A stretch of DNA of 64,000 bases, from NCBI RefSeq assembly GCF_031769215.1, contig NW_026782196.1, positions 620,001 to 684,000 of the forward strand, read 5' to 3'. Origin of the DNA: Ylistrum balloti. Taxonomy: Eukaryota. Position 1 is the first letter of the stretch; every line of letters begins with the position of its first letter. A program made the position numbers and the translations under genes. Under the pieces are notes generated by a model. It ran no database searches, was not told the DNA's origin, and saw only the letters and a list, made by a program, of their open reading frames with translations. Positions 1 through 9,900 of the stretch are shown one piece after another.

Positions 1-343
1 ATCGTATGCTGCAGTCATATCACATTTTACATTTTAAATTCTTTCACTTGACTCCCTGACTATAGTAAGAAAGGTAAGTGACTGAATGCTTTCACTCCTT
101 TTATTAGAAGCCAATGTTTGAATGTCAGTCATATTGATGTTGTGTGGGTAAAAACTGACTACCAAATAAACAAGCTGTAGTGAAGTCTGCCTCCATTCTC
201 GCAAATAAACATTAATATTCATTTAAAACCTACACACCAGAATCTCATACAGAAACCAAATCTGTAAATAACACAGAATATGTTGAGAAGTTTCTACTTA
301 AAAGACTCTGTGTTAGTGTAAGTATAACATATCCAGTTTATTT

Positions 344-597
344 ATCCTTGGATCCCTTAAGCTACACCCAACAAACTCCATCCTTAGATCCCTACAGCTA
401 CACCCAACAAACTCCATCCTTGGATCCCTACAGCTACACCCAACAAACTCCATCCTTGGATCCCTACAGTTACACCCAACAAACTCCATCCTTGGATCCC
501 TACAGCTACACCCAACAAACTCCATCCTTAGATCCCTACAGTTACACCCAACAAACTCCATTCTTGGATCCCTAGAGCTACACCCAAAGAACACCAT
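344..597. repeat. 36-bp minisatellite, about 7 copies
   Basis: unit cttggatccctacagctacacccaacaaactccatc. Confidence 0.95.
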
Positions 598-622
598 GCA
601 GTGATATTGGGTCTCTCAATTC

Positions 623-870
623 TTTTGTTACTACAAAATGACAAGAATGAGTTCCTGTAGAGACACTTACCCTCCTGAAGTTTGGAGTTGAGCAGATCTA
701 CATTTTGTTACTACAACATGACAAGATTGAGTTCCTGTAGAGACACTTACCCTCCTGAAGTTTGGAGTTGAGCAGATCTACATTTTGTTACTACAACATG
801 ATAAGATTGAGTTCCTGTAGAGACACTTACCCTCCTGAAGTTTGGAGTTGAGCAGATCTACATTTTGTTT
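623..870. repeat. 80-bp tandem triplication including the 3' half and donor of p190 exon 24
   Basis: near-identical copies at 631, 711 and 791. Confidence 0.95.
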
Positions 871-908
871 ATTGCCAGGTATACGGTAAATCCCTTCTGT
901 GTGCATTC
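831..908 (-). CDS. ARHGAP35: p190 exon 24 (RhoGAP arginine finger)
   Basis: acceptor cttacag|GA; [25 protein letters not shown]; donor G|gtaagt. Confidence 0.94.
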
Positions 909-3900
909 CTGTAAGATAAAAATATTAGTCAGGTTACCTCCCTTAGACATTCAATTAAAATCCATTTTCCTTTATGATGCAGGTCTACTGGACTAACAGT
1001 ACTCTTGATATCATCTGCTATTGTGATGTATGATGTTTACTTATGTAGAATCTAAGAAGACTAATTTGTAGAAGGTGTAAAAATTCAAGATTTCCTAAAA
1101 TGTCTTTTTTATACTATTCAAAAACTTTCTTACATTTCATTTTTAACATCTATCAATGGAATTTCTTCTTTCAAGAAATATTAAATAATATCTTTTGAAT
1201 GTATTCTTTCAAGAAATATTCTACTGAGAATTTGTTTACTGGCGAATGTACCATACTCTTCAAAACTATATATTGCATTTTCCCCCTCATCAGATTAGTT
1301 CAATCTAAAGCTATTTCATTTCACATTTCTGTCTATCCCAACTTCAGAATCTGGCTACCATTTGAAAATAAGCCTCTTTCTTCAGGAAATTATTTGTTGC
1401 TAAAAATAGAAACACATTAGAATGTCAAGCACCAATGAAATTTTGTTGCTTGGTGTTACATACTGATTACGTAGTCATGGATTTTCTTATGAGGTATATA
1501 AAAAGGTCATATTATATTAAGCAATAGTCATAATCTTGCTATTATTTAGAGTACTACAATTTCAGATTTAGTAGGTTTCACTGTAACAGCATCAATTATA
1601 GAAATGATTATACACTGTAGTTCACATTAAACAGTACAATTAATCATTACCCCAAAATATTTTAATGCCTGATGTTGTTCTACCATGATTACTTGAAACT
1701 TTGAAAGAAATTCATATCAAAACATTAAAATTAAATCAACTGTAGCAAAAGACATGATGAGAATGAATCACATATGATGAATCAACATAGGTACATGTGT
1801 AAAACATGAAATAATACTCCATTGTGAGATTTGCACACCATTTGGGGAGGGTTGTCATCCTTCAGAATCTGTTCAACCGATGTCATCGCATTATCATTAG
1901 GCAGGGAATAAATTAAAAGGAATTTCTAATACATGTGACAGAAAGAGAAATGTCTCTTTGCTTTCCTAGAAATTCTCACATTTTTCTTTCGGTCAAACAT
2001 TGATTAAAAAATTACAGGAAATTTTTTCTATAACAGCAGTTTCTGTAAATAGTATTTTTTGTTTTAGATTTTGCCACATTTTTTCTCCATGGAAACTTTT
2101 GATCAGATGACAGGAATGAAGAAAAGGTGTTCTCAGTTCTTGCAGGAATGTATATCTTAAGTATATTTGAATAGATAAAATGCAGTTAGGGAACAAATTA
2201 TCATGGTGATGAGGTCTGATACTGTTGTGACTAGCTACAGACCCACCATGCCCCTACAGCTGTCAGAAAAACATGCAGCTGTTTCACAACAGATTTCTTA
2301 TAAACAGCACTAAGAGTGTGATGTAGAAGAAGACGTGGTCATACAGAAGCTGTAATACCTAATGGTGATCTTTGCTGTTTGAACATATTATGAAGGATGA
2401 CAAATCCATTTCTAACATTATTATGAAGGATTTTTTCTTAAAATTTGATGTCAACTGTCAAAGATTTGTGTTTAAACACAGCAAATGATGTAAAATCCCA
2501 CCATCCACCTATAACATGGGAAAGGATAATATAACACAGCACACGAAACTCAAGGTCAGGAAGATGTTTGTATAATATCTTCATTAATAGTTATATGATT
2601 AAAACCTGAATCAAACATGATCATGTGAACAAACTTGCATTGTCAATCACAGTCACATGACATGTTAAAATAACCATATGATCATGTGACTAACTTACAT
2701 TGTCAGTCACATAAGTTCATTATAATGACATGTGGTAAGGTATGATCATGTGATCAAACTTTCACAGAGAGTCACATGGTGATGACATGTTATGAATATG
2801 GTCAGATGACCCATTTCCACACTGTGATGATGTAATATCATAACCTGGGCATGAAAATGCATTGTGATGCACAGCGGTAACATAAGCCACAAGGCCTTTG
2901 TTTTTGCTCACAGCAACACAAACAGTTTTACATGCATTAATTATAAGCTGCATGTTTAGAACTCAATAAAAAAACATTTCTAGTATCATATAGTACTTAC
3001 GACCAATTTTCACTGGAAATAAGGTAAGTATAGTTTTTAAAACGTGGATGAGATCATGATCAGCCAAAGGGAGATAATCGTAACATAGGCTGGCCTCTCT
3101 TGCTCTCTATCTTTTATATATACATCATAACAGGGCCAAGGGAGTCAAATGATTCACAGTATGAGAGTGAAAATTATCATGTATCCCTAAAAAAACAATT
3201 TGATTTTACAAGAACCATAACCTACATATTTCCTAGGAATGAGTGACTTATTTTTAGAAATAACACATATTCAAGGCCATCTATATCCTTTTTGACAAGT
3301 TATGCTACCAACATGGAAAATTCAAAAATATTCTCTAGTGTGATTACAAAATTAAGCATTATGATTTAATTTTCATCAACAATAAAAAGAACCCTTAAAG
3401 CTCATGTTAATTTGACAAGCTAGGACATTTACATGAATAATTCATTCAACTGATGCAAAATCTAGTGCACTAATAAAGTTTATGTTCTCAAAATGATGAT
3501 AATACTATCAAATAAAGGGAGAGAATAGTTTCAGAAAAAAACATCATGCTACAAGTTCACATGTGTCCTTTGTTCTTCCCCATAACCTTTCTAGGGAATA
3601 AACCTAGAGGAGTGGTAAGTAAGGGTAGGACGAGAGTTACCTTCAGCATCTATATATTCCACACAAGTCTCCACAAACTGTGGAAGGGAGGGGTTGGCGG
3701 AGGACATAGGGAATTCCTGCAGTCGACATCCACTCTCATTTCCTGCACCCCTACTGTCTTTCTTCTTCTTCTTTTGTATCTTCTGCTGTTCTTTTTGCTT
3801 CCTCTCCTAAAACAAATAAGTCAGAGGTTAAAAATTCATACAATAAGTCAGTGGTTAAAAATTCATACAGTAAGTCAGGGGTTAAAAATTCATACAATAA

Positions 3901-6900
3901 GTCAGAGGTTAAAAATTCATACAGTAAGTCAGAGGTTAAAAATTCATACAGTAAGTCAGAGGTTAAAAATTCATACAGTAAGTCAGAGGTTAAAAATTCA
4001 TAAACACAATGTATACAATAACTTTTACAAGAAATATACCACCAATCAAAAGATATTTCAAATGTAAGAAACAATTTACTTTTGTTTCTTTCTATGATAG
4101 TTTTCTTAGCTACAGAATACAAATCATTAGCTATTTTCACAATTATTCATCCACAAGGGTCGAAGGGCATGACATGTATTTTTTCAGGGTCTTGAATTAT
4201 GTACCTCCTCAGATTCCACCAATGAGTCAGCAGTTTTTGGTTTCTTCACTGTTGAATAGGGCATCACTTGTACTGAGGCACTACACCCCATAATGATAAT
4301 ATTTATGATCCTCACAGGATGAAACAGCAACAAAGTTTCCAGAATAGTTTACTATTTTATATCAAACATCCTCTAGCCATATCAGATATTAGCTAGTAGA
4401 CTTTATGTTTGTCATATCCAATGTCCAAACACATATGGAGGACTATGTTAATCATATGTCCTCCATAAACATGGTAGACTGATTGTGCTAGTCCATATAG
4501 TCAGTAAACATGAACCAAAAGATTAAGCTGGTCACATTTCGTCAGTGAACATGGACTGGTTGACTAAGAACATGGTTGACTATGCCTGCTGGGTTTCTCT
4601 TAAGTCACAAAGTATAATGCCCTGATCCTCACCTGGAGGATGAAAATATGGAAACGTCTTAATTCTGAATAAGTGTGTACTTAAATGACCATTACTACAA
4701 CATTCCTGTGAGCTCATTAGTAATCAGTAAGCAATTTGACTTCTATTGGACATTTAATTCTACAAACTGCAAGTATATAAACCATATTCAACTGATCATT
4801 AATGAATAATGATCAAATCCACATTTAAGCTTCTTTTAAAGAAACCCTTGTTCTTTATTCTGCCAAAGATTAATATTACCAGACCTTTAATTCTGAGCGC
4901 TATATAAATCTTTATCAAAATTCCTGTATCTTAACTCAAGCTAGGTAAAGACACTAAATCCCATTCAGTCAGCTACTACAAAGAACATTCTACCAACTAC
5001 CATCCTCTATCTAATTAGTACATATACTTAAACTGACTTCTGTTTTTTCAAATTTTTTTACCGGATCTAAAGCTCAAATCTCTGAACCATAAAATTTATC
5101 ATGGAGAAAATGGCCTACTATGATTAATTTTCAGCTTAGAATTTTGCAACACTCTACATGTAAAGCATTATGCACTTTAGAATTTAAGAGAGTTAAATAA
5201 ATACACTTCAAATTTTTATAATGTTATAAATTTACTGAGTACCTTGGACACTTCTAAGGTGAAATATCAAATGTCAACAATATGAATATATGTTCCTGCT
5301 TTTGTAATAACACTATGTAACATTTTGTTGATATCACAAAATGTTCTTGAAAAATAACATTAAAAATACCAAACAATTATCTAGGACATTCAGATTATTG
5401 CTTCCAAATAACTGCTACCAAAATATTATTACATGTACACAACTCGAATCTTAGTAAACTGATACAAAGACAGACCCATTAGAAATTATTTTACAGTTAT
5501 TGATGTTGGCCTCTCAGTTTCCTACAGATAAATAGAAAATAAAACCCCTTTAATCTTCTACAATGATATTCTGTAGGAAATATAGTTGTATATACACTAC
5601 CCGGTTAATCTCTCTTAATACCAGTGCTGACAAAAGCTCACAATATAACTAATTCTGTAGACAGATAAAAAAAAAAAAAAAACACTCCTGTCACAAACTC
5701 CCAATATATATATTGTTATAGTTTGGAATACAAGGTAAAGAAAAGAGCATTCAGTCTGTAACTTGTACACCATCTGATTTCTGTAGCCAGGTAGAAATTT
5801 GACCCTATTATGTAGAAGACATCAGGACATGGGATATCTCTATACTTCCTTCTTAATCAATAATCCTAATCTTTCTACAGTCTTTGTAACATAAATTTTA
5901 TCATAAAATGTTTCAATGAAAGCAACAGAATACTTTTCTGATCCTAAAAGATTCCATAATGAAGGTGGTTTACATACATAAAATACATACCACTACTGTC
6001 ACTGATGTACCACTGAATTCTGAACTAACATCAAATTCAAGATTTATTCTTTACATCTAAACCACTGCAGTAAAAGACTTCTTCACTACATAGTTCAAAC
6101 CACCAGTATCATTCCTGGCCTTCACATATATAGTAACCAGTTGAATCTATATGGACTCTTAATAGTAGTAACTGCATTTATAATTTTTCTAACTACAACC
6201 GGAAAATCCATGAAACATTCAATTTCGTCTTTGAACAATTTCAGAAATTTGATAAGCTCGTGGTCTGCATTAGCAAATATTTGAAAGAAACTAAATTTTA
6301 AGATGTTTTGAATACTTTTCACAGTCTAGCCCCTACAGTTTTTTATCTGCAACAAACTTCCTTCTTGGTGCTTAAGCAATTCATAATACTAAATTCTTTA
6401 TCTGTCAGTGAATCAATAAACACGAGTAATAAATTACAGTCTGATATTTACACCTGGACATCAAAGAATACATCTGGGTACATGATGAAAGCTTTGTAAA
6501 TAAACGGTAAGTACAATTCCATGTATATCAATAAGTTTACGACTTTTGAGAACTCCACCCGATTTGATCACCAATTTCGTAGAACGAACAAATAATTGAT
6601 AAGAAACCATCAACATTTACATCCTTAAAGTTTTCTATTCACAGGTCCATACTCCCATGATATACAACACACCTCCTTTTAAGGAATAAGCTTTGAAAGC
6701 TTTCATCACCATTCAAGTTCATCATACTGTAAAAAGTACTGACACCATCAACTGTACTGTAAGGTATTCTAAAACATTGACCAATACACTGCATATCACA
6801 GCCACATGTCAGTATAGTCACACCAACAAATTCTGGGTCTGGCAGTCAGACTTCCTCAAATCACTAAAAAATACAGTCTCTATATATAGATATACATAAA

Positions 6901-9900
6901 TATCCAGTCATATACCGGTAATCTAATAACATTGACAATCACTGCAATCATTTATATATAAAATCAAAAACAGTAAAGACACTTCTTTATCTTCATAAAT
7001 TAAACTCTACATTTCTGATGAAGCAGAGATAATCCTGATGGTTAATCCTGATGGCTAATCCTGACAGTCTGTTAGGGAATTTCCATAATGTACACACTAT
7101 ATACACTGAATACTAGCAGACGACACCCGAGCATAAAGCTTAAGGTGTTCACAAAGTCAATCGACTATATACCTATGTGTACAAGCTGCCTGTTGAACTG
7201 GATTGTTCATGGTTGCCATAGGTGACAAGTAAACAAATCCAGTTTCCAGATCCTTAACACACTGAAAGTTACTGATAAAGATTCAAAAGTTCAAAGGCAA
7301 TTTATTCTAAAGTTTAACAGAATAAAGATATATATATAATTTATAAAAATAGTGAAGACTAAAGAGGTTGTAGTCATTAGGATGAGACCAGAGGTGGGCC
7401 TATATTGATTATACACTACACTGGACATATCTATTATATATATACTACCTGCTTATGCTAATGAGGAGTAAACTACGTTCTGGGCACAGGTACACAATGT
7501 ATTGTCATTTATTTACAATGTAGCAGGTAATCCTATTGTCCTTTGTAGAGGTCATATACCTATATATCAATTATATACATGACTGGTGATAAAATGTCAG
7601 CCAGATCTTTGATAAATTTCTTACATAAATACAGCTTGCAACTTCACTCTGTAATGTAAATCTTTAATCATTGTATTGACTGGTTTGAATTCAACCACTC
7701 TATGTACCTACACAATGATAATCTCATATCACCTAAACATTAATCTAATAAATAATTCACAACACCCATTTAAATCAATTAGAATATTAAAGTCTCTAAC
7801 TCATCCAGCAGAAATGTACACTTCAGCCAATTTTAAAAAAAATGCTAGTCTTTATAAAACAGTGAATTTTTAACCAGAAATTCTGAAGGTCACCTAAAAC
7901 ATAAGATATTCAATCATTCAATGTTTCTTTTATTCAATCTCGATAGTAGATGTCAGGTGAATTCTTCAAATTTTATTTCCAAACCATTGACCGTAAATCA
8001 GCATCAATGGNNNNNNNNNNNNNNNNNNNNNNNNNNNNNNNNNNNNNNNNNNNNNNNNNNNNNNNNNNNNNNNNNNNNNNNNNNNNNNNNNNNNNNNNNN
8101 NNNNNNNNNNNNNNNNNNNNNNNNNNNNNNNNNNNNNNNNNNNNNNNNNNNNNNNNNNNNNNNNNNNNNNNNNNNNNNNNNNNNNNNNNNNNNNNNNNNN
8201 NNNNNNNNATATACAGCTAGTGTCCTAATTATATATTCATACTCTGGCACCAGAAACAATGGCTAGTGATGCACGGTCATTATATATGGTATCCATTCAG
8301 CAATTTCCTGAGATAGATCAAATCATACCTTAAAGTAGACACACAATTTTAACAAGAAATGGAAACCTGCTTTATCATCCAATCAAGTCCAAATCACATT
8401 TATATCATTTGATGAAAATAATATTAGACCAATACTGAACCCTGATTATAGATTTTCATAACAATTCAAGCAATATATGGCTTTAGTTGTCAGCTGAAAT
8501 AGTGAAAGTGAGAATTCAATTAAATCCTGAGAAAGCTTGACTTGTGATTTGCCTACACAGGACTCTTAATATTGGAGGATTAGGAACGTTGGTAAATCCT
8601 TCCATAACAATCAAGAAATACTGGTAACAATTGTTGTCAAGAAGTCAACAATTTAATTTGAGGATGATGGTGGTGATATAGGCTCTAATCATTCAATAAA
8701 ATTTGATACAGGTAATCCCAAAGGATCACCACTGTACCATCATTATTTTTTCTTTATAAGTTGGGTACTTTTCGTCTTTCCTCTTATTTTCTCTTTAATT
8801 ATATGAAATTTGAAAATACCAAAATCTAAGATGGATGCTACAATGAAAGGAACCAGAGGGACATTCATAGAAAGTCGGGGAATATTCTTGCATTACTGAA
8901 GAAATAGTGAAAACAACCTTCAACTGCTTTTTTTCCCCTCTCATATCTGTCCCATCATCAAAAGATCACTATTAAGGATCAAGAAGTACCTTCACATGAA
9001 ATTTGAGAAATATCTCAAGAGCAATAATAAGCTCTCATTATCAAAATCTAAGATGGCCTGCTGTTAGCCATGTTACAACAGTACTACTAAGAATAGAAGA
9101 GAACCTTTGTATGAAAGTTGGGAAAGATCTGTGCTTTTCAAGAAATAATCATTAAAGGAATCTGACAATAAATGAACATGGGGCAATTTGAATAACCATC
9201 TAAGGGGCTATCATGTAGAAATGATCAGAAAAGGTAGATGGAGCTAAACAGATCTTGGCTCTCATCATAATTTGATCTTTATTGGTTCTTTTAAAGTTCT
9301 TTTCCCTTCTTTTCTCTCCTTTGCTCTGTTTTTGCTCTTAATTTTACAAAATTTGTAAACTCCTTTTAATAGCTTTAATTATCTTGGTCTGCCAAATCAA
9401 AGATGGTCACCTGTCAAACAATTTGTTTTTCAAATCAGTCTATATATCAAATAGCCACCTTGAATATTCAAATCAGGCCAAAATGTAGTATGCACTTTCC
9501 TGTATCTGAAATCTGAGAACAATCAATCACATGTTTTTTTCAGAAACAGCAATAACAAACTAGGACTGTTAAAAGCCAAGATGGTCGCCTGGTGGCTATC
9601 TTTTTTTCTCAATCAGTCCCAAATTGAACTAAGCACAACTAAGAACGACGACATTCAGTGATTCTCTGGAATAGCAATAGCAAGAATTGTTGAAGGACAG
9701 ATGGACAATGGACGATGCGATGGACGATTGACAGACAAGGGGCAATTTGATTAGCCATCATCTGTTAATGGTGGGCTCAGAATTACAATACACGTATTTG
9801 CAATTCATGAAAAATCCACCAATTTTCTTTCCAAAATAGGGCAAATATGTCTCATCACAAACAAGTGATAAAAACACTACTGCAAATTATACTGTGCAGT

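Noticed and set aside
313-597. ORFs with 12-aa repeats on both strands
   Set aside because: Products of the 36-bp minisatellite.
780-830. CaaX motif on the truncated product of the distal exon 24 donors
   Set aside because: The tail ends CCSNKM; Cys is at -5, not -4.
3751-4140. Track ORFs 3751-4140, 15277-15462 and 25051-25332 as proteins
   Set aside because: They overlap real p190 exons but in the wrong frame; the phase-consistent frames are reported instead.
6122-6821. Two 60-66 aa minus-strand ORFs in intron 22 (one shares PYSTV with the MGC exon)
   Set aside because: Non-ATG starts, no recognisable family and no phase-compatible splice sites found; the 5-aa match is within chance.
7921-8259. 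ORFs spanning Xs
   Set aside because: Artefacts of the N gap.
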